Shown here piece by piece: positions 51,381-63,790 of a stretch of DNA of 64,000 nucleotides. Positions within the stretch are counted from its first letter, which is position 1; each line of letters opens with the position of its first letter. The position numbers and the translations under genes were made by a program. The stretch lies in assembly GCF_009914755.1 (NCBI RefSeq), contig NC_060936.1. One strand, written 5' to 3'. Below the pieces are notes generated by a model, which had not been told where the DNA came from, searched no databases, and saw only the letters and a list, made by a program, of their open reading frames with translations. This stretch comes from the human T2T-CHM13v2.0 reference genome, Homo sapiens.

Positions 51381-53096
51381 CATCCTTGCAGGGCCGGCAG
51401 GTAGGAGCTCTGGAATTTGGAAAGTGGAAAGTGATTTGTTTTGTCTGGTATGGCTTCTCCCTCTCGTGCACAGAGCGGGTCTCCAGGGTGCCTCACCCAG
51501 GGGCCTCACGCCTATCCGCTCTCCCGCCCAGGCAGCCCCCTCCTCTCCCACTCCTCCAGCTCCCAGGAAGGCAGGGTGGCAGTAAACTGAATCACAGCCA
51601 CGTGGTTAGATTGCAGGGCTGAGGCCCGCATTCTCCCAGGTGTCTGCATGTCTGACCCTTCACGCCGGGATGAGGGGCATCGGCTCGGGTTTTGGTTAAA
51701 TCCCGCCTTGCCCCTGCTGTGGAGGACGCCCCCTGTGGTGCCTGGTGAACCTTAGTCTTAGAGATCGGTTCATCCCCGCGGTTTCCCACCGAGAGGGTCC
51801 ACCAGTGAGACAGGAGGGAAGCTCCACCTCGGGTCGGCCGCCTCACGCAGCGCTTCCCTCGTGCTGCCCCATCATTCACTGACTTCAGGCCACGAGGACC
51901 CGTATGTTAAACAATCCCGCTCTTCTATTTTCTTAGGAAACCAGCTTGAGTCAGTTATGACCGGTGCAAAATAAAATAGAAAAGAGCCCACCTCCCTGAT
52001 ATGGAGGGTTTTGCCTTTTACACACAAAGGGCAAATCAATGTATTTTGCTTAACGCTGTTTAGTGGCACCCCTGGATCGTTTCTGTTAGCAGAGGTGTTG
52101 ACATTCTCGTGGAACTTCTTTCTCAAAGCACAGCCGTTTCATTTCCACCACCCTTTCTCAGTACGCTCAGTCATTTTCTTTCAGGACAGACTGAGGTGTT
52201 TGAGAGGGACTTTGCTTTTGGCTCCCGGGTTGTTCTGGTTCTGTGAGGTCCTGCAGGTGGGGGCAGGAGCCCAGCTGGGGCCTGAGGACATGACAGGCAG
52301 CGTCTCAGCAAGGCCGGGGCACAGACTCGTAGGCCTCCGGTTCAGAACAGCCGTGGTGGCCCAGCCTGTGCCCGGGTGTGCACACTTCAGAGCCCTGCAC
52401 AGACGCCTCTGCAGGATTTTGCTTTTTAACATTGTTTGCTCCCCAAACTATCAAATAATCCAGATTCAGACCCTGACCTTGGGCCGACTCAGCAGTGGCC
52501 TCTGGTGGACCGGCTCCTGCTGCTCCTCCTTGGTCACCCTGACCTCTGGCCACTGTCCCACCCGGCTCTAGGGGCACCCAGTGGGCTGAGACCTTCGGCA
52601 GCTCAGGCTATGCTGTTGGGCAGAGCGGGTCTCCAGGGTGCCTCACCCAGGGCTACGCAGGAGGCCTTTCCAGCAGTTCCACTGAGGCTCTGGACAGGGA
52701 TGCTACCCACACACCACCCTGGGACGCCAGGGGTTTTCGACACGACGATCGGTCAGAATCTGCAGTGTTCTCTTCAGTCAAAATTGCTCACTGCGTTCAA
52801 CCAAAAGCTGAAGTTTTAATTCAACATTGAAATGTCAGTTTCCCAGGTCAATGAAGATGAAAGCTTTTTCCTTAGAAGGGAGCAAGGAATGAGCGAAGCA
52901 GAGTCTTGGGAAATTTCAGAATTAGAATAAGCACCAAAAATACGTATTGCAAAGAGCCCAGTGCTGCCAGTTTGATGGCTGTTGTCAAACATTTTCTCAT
53001 CAGACGGCCTCAGCTCCACCTGAATGTCAGTCAGTCCCAAAGCCAGGCCATCGCTCAGGCTACCACAAATTCTGGAAGGGACTGAGTGTAATGAGG

Positions 53097-53808
53097 GTGT
53101 TCCAGGGAGATGCTCCAGGGAAGGACCCCGAGCTCCATCCAGGGCAGGGGGTGCTCCAGGGAGATATTCCAGGGGCAGGACCCCGAGCTCCGTCCAGGGC
53201 AGGGGGTGCTCGAGAGAGATATTCCAGGGGCAGGACCCTGAGCTCCATCAAGGGCAGGGGGTGCTCGAGGGAGATGTTCCAGGGAAGGACCCCGAGCTCC
53301 GTCCAGGGCAGGGGGTGCTCGAGAGAGATATTCCAGGGGCAGGACCCTGAGCTCCATCCAGGGCAGGGGGTGCTCGAGGGAGATGTTCCAGGGAAGGACC
53401 CCGAGCTCCGTCCAGGGCAGGGGGTGCTCGAGAGAGATATTCCAGGGGCAGGACCCTGAGCTCCGTCCAGGGCAGGGGGTGCTCGAGGGAGATATTCCAG
53501 GGGCAGGACCCCGAGCTCCATCCAGGGCAGGGGGTGCTCGAGGGAGATATTCCAGGGGCAGGACCGCGAGCTCCATCCAGGGCAGGGGGTGCTCGAGGGA
53601 GATATTCCAGGGGCAGGACCCCGAGCTCCATCCAGGGCAGGGGGTGCTTGAGGGAGATATTCCAGGGGCAGGACCCCAAGCTCCATCCAGGGCAGGGGGT
53701 GCTCGAGGGAGATGTTCCAGGGGCAAGACCCTGAGCTCCGGCCAGGGCAGAGGGTGCTTCAGGGAGATGTTCCAGGCCAGGACCCCAAGCTCCGGCCAGG
53801 GCAGGGCT
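53097..53808. repeat. 54/55-bp GC-rich VNTR, ~13 copies
   Basis: Unit gtgctcgagggagatattccaggggcaggaccccgagctccatccagggcagggg. Confidence 0.96.
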
Positions 53809-54924
53809 CTGCCCCTCATGCATGCCTAATAGCACCCCAGGGCTGAGGTCAGGGAAGAGGTTTGGTTCCCCAGGCTCACACGCAGTGGGGCACTGGTGAT
53901 CTGAGGAGGGAAACGGAGGCACTGTTGGCAAAAGGAGGTCTGTAAGCTGAGTGCTCTGAAATGTTGGCCATGCCCACCTGGACATGGGCCAGGTCTGAAC
54001 GAGGCAGTTGCCCGAGCTGTGGATGCCCTCACATGAAGCCCTGGGTAAGGCTGAACCCTGGACATTTATCCGAGGCCCCTGGACCGTGAAGAAGCCCTCA
54101 GGCTCTGTCCTTGTGCAGTGCGGGGGACCTGTGTCCTCAGGACTGGGCACCTCCTCAAACTAGGCCCTCCTCTAGGTGTGGCTCTCAGGGGCCAGGCCCG
54201 GGATGGCCAGTGTGAGGAGCAGCCCTGGACACAGGGTGCCTTCGGGCTGGGTTTTGGCCTCCTTGGGGTGTCACCGTCACCACAGCTTGTGACTTTCGAA
54301 GAGCAGCCCAGAATTTGGGCTTTAAATTATATCCCTGGATGTGTCTTGTTGGCAGCTAATTCAAATTTGTTTCCAGTGTTGTCAAAGAAACCCTATGTGT
54401 GGGTTGCATTCAGCCAGGAGGTCAACAGTTTACAACCTCAATGTTTTAAGCTTTTTATTCTGAAATGATTTTAAAGTTACAGAAAAAAAATGTCAATAAT
54501 AGTACAGAATGCCCCTGTATGTCTACAGACATACAGATCATTCATCCGTCTTCCCTGATGGTGGTATTTTTAAGTACAATGATTGAAACCAGTAAATTGA
54601 CACTGATATTAACGACAGACGTTTTTTGAATGGTGTCAGTTTCCTCACTTGCAGCTTTTTTTCAGTCCCGGGGTCTCATCTCGGCTGGCACAGAGCGTTT
54701 AGTTGTCACGTCTCCTAGGCAACTGCAGTCTGTACGGGTTCTTAGCTTCCCGTTGTCTCCCATGACTTTGACACTTCGCGGCGGCCGGCCGGTGCTTTGT
54801 GGAGCATCCCTGGTCACTGTCCGATGCTTCCTCCTGATTAGGCCGATGCTGTGCGTCTTTGACAAGAACGCCAGGGAAGTGAAATGGTCCTTTCTTATCG
54901 CAGCATCAGGCTGTGTGAGTCGGC

Positions 54925-55575
54925 CTGTGGGCTACCAAGCGAGAGACATTTATTTTCTTGTTGTTCTAGGGGTTGGAAATCCAAGATCAAGGTGTCGGTA
55001 GGTTTGGTTTCTCCCAAGGCCTCTCTCCTCGGCTTGCAGACAGTGTCTTCTCCCTATGTCCTCACATGGTCGTCCCTCGTGCGTGTCTGTGTCCTGATCT
55101 TCCATTTTTTCTTTTTTTGAGACAGAGTCTCTCTCTCTTGCCCAGGCTGGAGTGCAGAGGTGCAGTCACGGCTCACTGCAGCCCTGATCGCCGGGCTCAA
55201 ACCATCCTCCTGCGTCAGCCTCCTGAGAATCTGGGACCTCAGACATGCATCACAATGCCCTGCTCATTTTTCAGTTATTTGTAGAGATGAGATCTCACTA
55301 TGTTGCTTAGGCTGGTCTTGAACTCCTGGGCTCAGGCGATTCTGCCTCAGCCTCCCAAAGTGCTGGGATTACAGGTATGAGCCACCGCGCTCGGCCCTGA
55401 TCTCTTCTTATAAGGATACTGGTCACGTTGGATTAGGGCCTACTCTAATGACCTCATTTTATCTTAATCACCCCTTCAAAGACCCTGACTCCAAACACTG
55501 TCACATTCTGAGGTCTTGGGGGTTAGGGCTTCAACAGGTGACTTTAGTGGGGAGCAATTCGGCTCCAGCATAGCA
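54925..55575. mobile_element. MaLR LTR (MLT1A/B-like) split by an Alu
   Basis: atttattttc...ggaaatccaagatcaaggtg...tcttcttataaggatactggtc...ggattagggcc...aatgacctcatttt. Confidence 0.8.
55105..55396 (-). mobile_element. AluJ-like element nested in the LTR
   Basis: Full dimer; TSD cctgatct. Confidence 0.9.
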
Positions 55576-57842
55576 AATATGGGATGTGAATGCTCATTGT
55601 TGCCGGTAACGCTCACGTGGATGGCATGAGTGAGGTGGTGTCTGCCAGATGAACCCACTGTAAAGGGATGGTTTTCCCCTTTGCCTAGAATAAATATCTT
55701 GGTGGTGGGGAGATACCGTGAAACTACACAACCTTCCTTCAGCTCATCTTCCTTCATGAATTTCTACATTTTGATTGCTCTTGCCTGCAAAAATTTTGAC
55801 TGTAATGTTTGCCTAATGATGACTTTCTATTTCCACCATTCCTTCTGCATTTATTAATTGGAATTCTGTGATAAGTACAAACCGTGATTTATTTATTCAG
55901 TTGCTGGTGTTGCTATGACTCAGGGGTACTATTTCATCCCACAGGGCGCTGTCCGGCTCTATCATTACGGATTCTGTTGCTCCCGTTGTCGCGGCCGTGA
56001 CCGTCGGGAGCTCTGTCCAGTTGGTTTCTGCCTCCTTTGATGCCTCCCTCATTTTCTGAGTCCCTCCTTACATTCAGGCATTAAAGATATGCTGGGCTCA
56101 TGGAATCGGCTCTTTCCCTAAGGAGCCCTGGTGCCTTTGGTTGGAGAATGGCGTTTAGAAAGCAGGATTAGGGACAGGCGTGCTCATTTCTGCTGGAGCG
56201 TCACTGTTCTCAGTCCTCTCTCGGTGGACAGAGCCGGGAAATCTGTGTGTGTGTGCTCTCAGAAGCACACGCATGCACCTGCATCTTCCTGCATTTTTCT
56301 GTGTGTCTGTATGTGTGTCTGTGTTGCAAACTAGGATTGCATTCTGATACCTGTTTCTGGTCTAAGACTGTGGGATTCATTTAGCCTTTCCTTGTATGTT
56401 CTTCTTTCTCCCAAAGTAGGAAACCTGTCTCTCATTATTCTCAATAATTTTATTTGTATAAATGTGCTGCACACACAGGTTCAGAATTGCTAACCCACAC
56501 CCTTGTGGGAAACGTATGTCCTGATGAGGGGACAGTGTTTGTTCCCACCCTCTCTGCTTTTAGCCTTACACCATGTAGTTAAGATACCATTTCTCTGCGT
56601 TCCATAGCTGGCTCCTTTCTTCTGCCTCCCTTCCTGTAGTGTCACTTAGAACACAGTCAAGTTCATCTGCTGTCACTGGTACTCTCTTCTGGGTCCCCCA
56701 CAGGTTGGTTGATTTTCAGTGTTGATGTATTTGAGGGGTATGTGAACCATCGTGTGGTTCTGAAGGCTTCCTCCGAGCCACGGCGCACCCCCGCTCTGTC
56801 TCCATCCTCCATCCCCTGCACCCTGTTCCCACCCACTTCCCCAGGTAAGCCGGTCCCATTCGTGTGTGTGTGTGTGTTTTGTATCTCTTTTGTGCCAAAT
56901 GAACAGATACATGTACTTTTTAAATAGCCCCTTCTGTCTCCTGTGAAGGGTGGTATACCATAGAAACTCTTTGGTACTCAGTTTATCCTGGAAGTCACTC
57001 CAAACCCATCCGCAGAGGCCTTCCAGCTTCTCAGCTGCGCAGAGCCCCACTGTGTGGGTTTACTGAACCATCGCCGGCTTATTCAGCTCGTCTCCTACTC
57101 ATGGGCATTTAAGTTGTTACCCATATTTTGTATAAATAACTTGTTGCAGCAAATGACCCTGTGAACCTGCATATTCCTGCAGTGGGCGGTCCAGCCTCTG
57201 TTCTGGAAACCCAGAAAGTTTCTATTTACCTGCAGATGGACCTTCTTCTTCCCCTTATGTTGACCCTCGGGCAGTGTTGAGGGGCAATGAAGTGACAAAC
57301 AGCAGGGAGAAAATGACCAGTCTCTGCAAATAGACAACTCAGAATGGTCCCCAGCTAGCCGCCTTCTGCTCCTGACCCTGGTGTGTGGATTTAAGTCATT
57401 TCTGAAGATTCAACCTGATGAGCTGTCGACCACAGATGAAGACAGAACGGATCTGAGAGATGAATGATGTATCTGGGGTTAGCATCTGGATGATCCGAGT
57501 AATGGTTTTGGGAGAGGCAAAGCCTAGAATTAGCCACCCCTGAGGGACAGTGCTTTCCTGCCCCCGGCAGAGCGGCCTGGGGGGAGTTGTGCAGGAAGCA
57601 GGTGCAGGCAGCCCCGCTGGCCGGGTCACTGGGGTTCTCTGTGACGTCAGGGTCAGAGAGGCCCACACGGAGGGCTGGAGCCTGGTGCTGGTGCCTGATG
57701 GCTAGCTCCTCAGTGTGCTGGCTTTCCTGGCAGAGGGGAGGTCGAGCGTGGCTTCTAGTGGTCCCTAAAGCCACCAGGGTTTCCAGTGTGGCTGGTGCTG
57801 CAGCAGACCCAACCGAGCATCCTGTGTGTTTTGGAAACATTT

Positions 57843-58171
57843 CAGTCATGTTCCGGTCAGTGATAGATTGCGTATACCACAGTGGTCCCATCAGACTGTA
57901 AGACCAGATTTTCCCTGTACCTCATCTATGTTTTGATGTATTTCAATGCACAGATCCTTCCCATTGTGTTACAGCCGCTGGCAGCATTCAGTACAGTAGT
58001 GGGCACAGTTTGTAGCCTAGGAGCAATAGGCTACTCCATACAGCCAGGTGTGTGGTGGACTGCGTCGTCTAGCTTTGTGTAAGTCCCCTCTGTGATGTTC
58101 ACAGCACGATGAAATCGCCTAATGATGCATTTTCACAATGTGTCCTTGTCATTAAGTGATGCAAGACTGTA
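57843..58171. mobile_element. Tigger3a/MER7A-like TcMar MITE
   Basis: cagtcatg...tgcaagactgta termini; internal gtttgtagcctaggagcaataggctac and tgaaatcgcctaatgatgcattt. Confidence 0.8.
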
Positions 58172-58913
58172 CTCCTTTTCCTTGAGGCACCATTCAGGCC
58201 TCCCAGACACGAGAAGGGAGCAATGGGAAGGGAGCAATGCAGCAGGCGTGTCTGTGTGAGAAGCTCGGGCAGGGCTCTCCGGGCCATTTTCTCACTGGTC
58301 CTGAGGCCTGCTGGCCATGGCCCGAGGGCAGGGACGGCATGGTGGCCTGGGGGAACCGTCTCTGCAGGCACTTCTCACCTCCCGGCTCCAGTGAATTACA
58401 GGCCCTGTGGGGCTTGATGCCGTGGATGGAAGTTTTGTAGAAGGCCATGTTTGTGTCTTCTGTGAAGTATGAAAGGTGCCAGTTTGAAAACCAGAGAAAA
58501 AGAAAGCGTGGATTAAAATGCAGTCCCCGTTTTAATGGTTGGTTACTGCAGTTATTTTTAAAAAAAGAAAGTGTTTGAATAAGGAATCCTGTCTTGAAGA
58601 GAGGTGGAGAGGAATTTTTATCATACCGAAAGAGGATGGTAATTAAGGCTTGTCTTAGCCAAGCGTTCTCTAGGGTTTTGGGGTTTTTCTTTTGAAGGTT
58701 GCTTTTATATTTCTGAGGATGTTGCGGGGGCCTGCTCTTCTAAGTTAAAGTGATTTGTCTGATGGGAAGATTTCCCCTGGCGGCACTCTGTCACGGGCCG
58801 TGAGGAGGAGGTGAACTCAGAAGAGAGTCACACATTTGTCCCCCACATCGTTGTCAGGGAACCGTGACATGGAGGCTGCAGGAATTTTCTCCCAACATGG
58901 GCTGAGGTCTTGA

Positions 58914-59229
<316 letters not shown>

Positions 59230-59736
59230 TGAGATACCTTCTTTTGCTGGCACAGAATGGGGTGCAAGCTCCCCAGGGTGTGAGGGACAGAGTTGCAGGC
59301 CCATCCTGGAGGCTCTGAGGGGGCACCTGGTAAAGCCTGGGGGTGAGGCTGGGCACTCCACATGCCCCAGGGCTGCACCACGGAAGCCCACGGAGGTCCT
59401 GGGACACGTGACTGTGTCACTGTGCCTGGTTCATGTCAATTGCGCCAGTGCCATCAGTGTGTCTGGGCCCTCAGGCTGCAGAGGGCAAGTGGGAATGGTC
59501 AGTGAGGTGTCATCTGTGCTTCTCCCCTGCTGGGGAGCCTGCACTCTACAGACAAACGGGGCAGCCGCGGGTGTGGCTGGGCCATGGACTGTGTCTCAGT
59601 GGACTGTGTCTCAGGGCACAGACCCTGCTTCCAGCCTTTCCCGGTGCCCTCCAGAGGGCTGGGTGGCCTCATTACTCCTGCCCTTCTGAGCTGGATGGAA
59701 TCCCTTATTCTCCCAAAGGGCTCATTTTAATGTCTG

Positions 59737-59791
59737 CGGGGGGGCGGGAGTCCTTTGCCACTGACGTCAGCCCTTTGCCACTGACGTCAGC
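59737..59791. promoter_or_regulatory. GC box plus two tandem full cAMP-response elements (TGACGTCA at 59762-59769 and 59782-59789)
   Basis: ggggggcggg followed by (cctttgccactgacgtcagc)x2; the motifs are seen directly, function is inferred. Confidence 0.5.
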
Positions 59792-59999
59792 AATCGTCTG
59801 TCCGATCTCTCAGGGCATTGGAAGGGAGTGAGCTCCAGAGCACTTCCTGACCGCGTGGAGCCGAGCTCCGGAGCGCTTTCTGACCGTGTGGAGCTCCAGC
59901 GTCCATGTCACCCCGGAACAGAGGAGGTTCCCAGGCATAGAGTGGAATCCAGACTTTGGCCTTTTGAAGTTGGCTTGTGTTTCTGGGGCTTAATCTTCC

Positions 60000-60200
60000 A
60001 AGGGAACTGGTTCTGCTGTGTTGAGATGCATTGGTGTTGGGGCACTGTGGCTGTGGGGCTGGCCTGGGCATTGCAGGGAGGGTGTGGAGCAGCATCCCTG
60101 GCCTCTACCCACTTGATGCCAGCAGCCCCTCCCCAGGTTTGACAACTAGATACGTCTCTAGGCATCGCCAATATACCCGGGAGACTCCCAGGTGAGAGTC
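60000..60200. mobile_element. MER20-like hAT element
   Basis: agcagcatccctggcctctacccacttgatgccagcagcccctcccc...gacaac...gtctctaggcatcgcca. Confidence 0.8.
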
Positions 60201-60569
60201 TCCCAGGGGATATTGCAGTGTTCACGGCTGGATGCTACTCGTCACTATTCCATATTCCATTATATGAATAGGCCACCGCTGACTCGTCCTTGTAACCATA
60301 ATTTGGCTGTTTCCAGTTGCGGACTATTACACACAGTCACTTTCCTGTGCTTCTCAGATTCAGAACCATATTTGAGGGAGATGAAAGCAGGCGGGTGGCT
60401 TCTCTTGGAGGCAGGTACTTTCTCGTAGGGATTGTGGCACACAGCTGTTATTTCTCTAGGATTTGCTGTGAATGAGGGAAAAACGGTTGATTGTGAATGA
60501 AGCAAGGTTCATTTTCTTCCCATGGTCATTCCTTGGTGCACTGTAGATCCAGGATATTCCTACTCTGCA

Positions 60570-62560
60570 GGCTGTTTAAATAACACACACACACGCACAC
60601 ACATGCACACACACATAGCCAAACATCGTTTGAAATCCCATCCCTCAGAGATGACCAGTGTCAACATTGTGGTGACTTCTTTCGGGGCTTCTCTAGGTGT
60701 GTGTGTGTGTGCACACAATTTTATATAAATGGGGTTCTGCTATCCGTGCCGTTTCGCAGCTTCAGTTTTTAAATTTACCATGTCTATATTTCCGTGCCAG
60801 TAGCTCAGACTGTATCATCATTCTCACGGCTGCTTAATAGTCTACGTTTGTCATCCTGCTGGTGTGCGTCTGGCTTCGGGTTTGCATTCTCACAATGCTG
60901 TAATGAATCTTCTGTGTTCTTGCTGGGTTATCTCTGTAGGATGAATTCTCAGAGGTAGAATTGCTCTGTTAAATGTCTACACATTTTTTTCTCATTTTAA
61001 AATTTATTTTGGATGTTTAATCCAGATCTGTGTTTATTTACTGAGGGGAGCAGGTAGAATTGTAGAGTCACAGAGAAACAAATTAGAGCTAGGGGTTCAG
61101 GGTTACTCAGACCAAACTTCTCATCACCCTGCATCCCCCTGCCAGCCATGTTTTAAAAGCAAACGTGTTATTGGAGTATAACATGCCTGCAGAAAAGCAC
61201 GTATATGTGTGTATGGTATGACAGTTTTTACAAAGCGAACATACCCAAGAAATCACCCCTCAGGTCAAGAAGCAGCACACGGCCAGCACCATGGAATGCC
61301 TTTTCCAGACGCCAGCAGAACAGAGCTGCCGGATGTTCTAGTGAGCGCGTTTCTGCTGGTGAACCTGACTGTGCCCTTCTTTGTGGGATCTGCCCAGGAT
61401 GGCGTCGCTGGGTCGAGGGGCATGTTCAGCATGAACAGCTGGTGCCCGGTGCCTTCTCCAGAGCGGGCACTGGTTCACTCTCCCCTTGGCAGAGCGTGAG
61501 AAGCCCAGTGTCCAGCATTGGGTGTGGCCCGTCTTTTCCAGGTCCGCCATTCTGGTGGCTAATGTTGTCTCATTCTGTTTTTTATTTGCTTTTCTTGAAT
61601 GATGTTGGTGACCTTTTTATGTTTATTGGATATCAATATCCTTTTAAAAAAATCTACTCAAGACTTCTGCTCATTTTTCTGTTGTGCTGTTTGCTTTTCT
61701 TTCTTACTGATTTTTTAAGGAGTTTTTGTGTATTTTGAGTATGAGTCATTTGTTTGATATACGTATTGCAAATATCTCTTACACGGGGTCTTCCCTTTTG
61801 ACTTCGATGGTGTCTGCTGGTGGACAGCAGTTTTCAACGTCAGTGCAGTCCGGTTTATCAAGCTCTTCTGTATTCAGTGCTTTTATGTCTTGGTGGAGGA
61901 ATCCTGCCTAACCCGAGGCCACGAAAGTAGTTTCCTGTGTTACCTGGAACATTTGTTGTTTTCACTTTCGTGTTTGGGCCTGTGGTCCTTCTCTGCTTGT
62001 TTCTGTGTCTGCAGTGCAGTAGGGGTTGAGACTGACCACTGTCCCCAGACGGATATGTAATTTACCCAGCTCCACGTGTGGGAAGACCAACCTCTCCCCT
62101 AGTGCTGTGGTGCCGCCTTTGCCGTCAGTCACGGGAGGGGCGACGTGGCTGTTTCTGGACTCTGCTCTGTCCGTCATCCCATTTGCATGCCGGTACGATT
62201 GCAACTGCCACGTCCTATGCCAAGGCCTGAGACCGGCTCGTGTAAACCCTCCAGCTTGTTATTCCAGGCGGCCTCGGCTATTTTTGGTGAGACGCATTTA
62301 AAAATTTGATGCGCGTCGTGAAACTGCCCTTCAGAAAGGTCGTAACCATTTATCCAGCCATGGGTGGGGCTCGGCAGTGCCGCCTCTCCCACGCCATTGC
62401 AGACTCTGATGCACAGGAAGTCACACCTGGTTGTCATTCATAGCTGCGTAGCTTTGGTTATTGGTGAGGCTTCCTAAGTGAACTGGCCATCTGCATTTTT
62501 CTTTATGTTGTAAGCACCTTCTTTCCTGATTTCTCCAGTGGAGTGTTTGTTTTGTTAGTG
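60570..62560 (-). mobile_element. Highly diverged L1M fragments
   Basis: Scattered L1-like motifs (gatatacgtattgcaaatatctc, ccttgcc-like ctgcctaacccgaggcc, gtgaaactgcccttcagaaagg). Confidence 0.55.
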
Positions 62561-62699
62561 ACTTCTGAGAGCTCTCGATGTAGTTCCAACGTTAACTCAT
62601 TGCCTGCTGCTGTAATCTACCAGGCTTATTTTTATATTGACTATTATAGTCAGTGCGGATGAACACTTGAACCTGCAGTGCGAATCCGTTCCCCTGACC

Positions 62700-62850
62700 C
62701 CAGCCTCTGTGCCTCCCCCTCCTCTGCTCCTGCCTCCCTCTGTCAAGATCCTTGGGATCACACTGGATACATGTGGCTAATCCAGGATCACCTCCCACCT
62801 CCAGACGTTTAATTTACCCACATCAGAAAGGTCCCTTTTGCCATGTAAAG
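62700..62850. mobile_element. MLT1 (C/D/E-like) LTR fragment that runs into the VNTR
   Basis: aatccaggatcacctcccacctc...aaaggtcccttttgccatgtaaagtgacatt matches the MLT1 LTR segment as recalled. Confidence 0.65.
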
Positions 62851-63790
62851 TGACATTCCCAGGCTCTGGGGTTAGGTTGTGGGACTCTCGTACGGTGACA
62901 TTCCCAGGCTCTGGGATTAGGTTGTGGACCCCTCGTTCGGTGACATTCCCAGGCTCTGGGGTTAGGTTGTGGACCCCTCATGTGGTGACATTCCCAGGCT
63001 CTGGGGTTAGGTTGTGGACCCGTCGTAGGTGACATTCCCAGGCTCTGGGGTTAGGTTATGGACCCCTCGTATGGTGACATTCCCAGGCTCTGGGATTAGG
63101 TTGTGGACCCCTCGTTCGGTGACATTCCCAGGCTCTGGGGTTAGGTTGTGGACCCCTTGTTCGGTGACATTCCCAGGCTCTGGGGTTAGGTTGTGGACCC
63201 CTCTTAACGGTGACATTCCCAGGCTCTGGGATTAGGTTGTGGACCCCTCGTTCGGTGACATTCCCAGGCTCTGGGGTTAGGTTGTGGACCCCTCGTTCGG
63301 TGACATTCCCAGGCTCTGGGGTTAGGTTGTGGACCCCTCTTAACGGTGACATTCCCAGGCTCTGGGATTAGGTTGTGGACCCCTCGTTCGGTGACATTCC
63401 CAGGCTCTGGGGTTAGGTTGTGGACCCCTCGTTCAGTGACATTCCCAGGCTCTGGGGTTAGGTTGTGGACCCCTCTTATGGTAACATTCCCAGGCTCTGG
63501 GGTTAGGATGTGGACCCCTCTTATGGTGACATTTCCAGGCTCTGGGGTTAGGTTGTGGACCCGTCGTAGGTGACATTCCCAGGCTCTGGGGTTAGGTTGT
63601 GGACCCTTCATACGGTGACATTCCCAGGCTCTGGGGTTAGGTTGTGGACCCGTCGTATGGTGACATTCCCAGGCTCTGGGGTTAGGTTGTGGACCCGTCG
63701 TAGGTGACATTCCCAGGCTCTGGGGTTAGGTTGTGGACCCGTCGTAGGTGACATTCCCAGGCTCTGGGGTTAGGTTGTGGACCCCTCTGG
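62850..63790. repeat. 44-46-bp VNTR, ~21 copies
   Basis: Unit gtgacattcccaggctctgggrttaggttgtggaccc plus a 7-9-nt variable segment. Confidence 0.97.

Larger units (their letters stand above)
54450..57180 (-). mobile_element. Old L1MC-type 3' region hosting a nested MLT1 LTR and Alu
   Basis: ttttattctgaaatgattttaaagttacagaaaa...aatagtacagaatgccc 3' end; L1 similarity resumes after 55575. Confidence 0.6.

Noticed and set aside
50382-51551. Long His/Thr/Pro- and Cys/Val-rich ORFs up to 281 aa
   Set aside because: Translations of the CA-rich minisatellite, open in several frames on both strands.
52947-54150. Long ORFs (170-300 aa) over the 55-bp VNTR
   Set aside because: Stop-poor repeat unit; periodic peptides in all frames.
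62867-63780. Interstitial telomeric repeat (GGGTTAGG in each unit)
   Set aside because: Only one partial hexamer per unit; no tandem TTAGGG and no full TAGGGTT core.
62850-63790. CRISPR-like look (constant ~37-bp repeat plus variable spacers)
   Set aside because: Spacers are only 7-9 nt, related and recurring; the context is primate DNA with no cas genes. It is a minisatellite.
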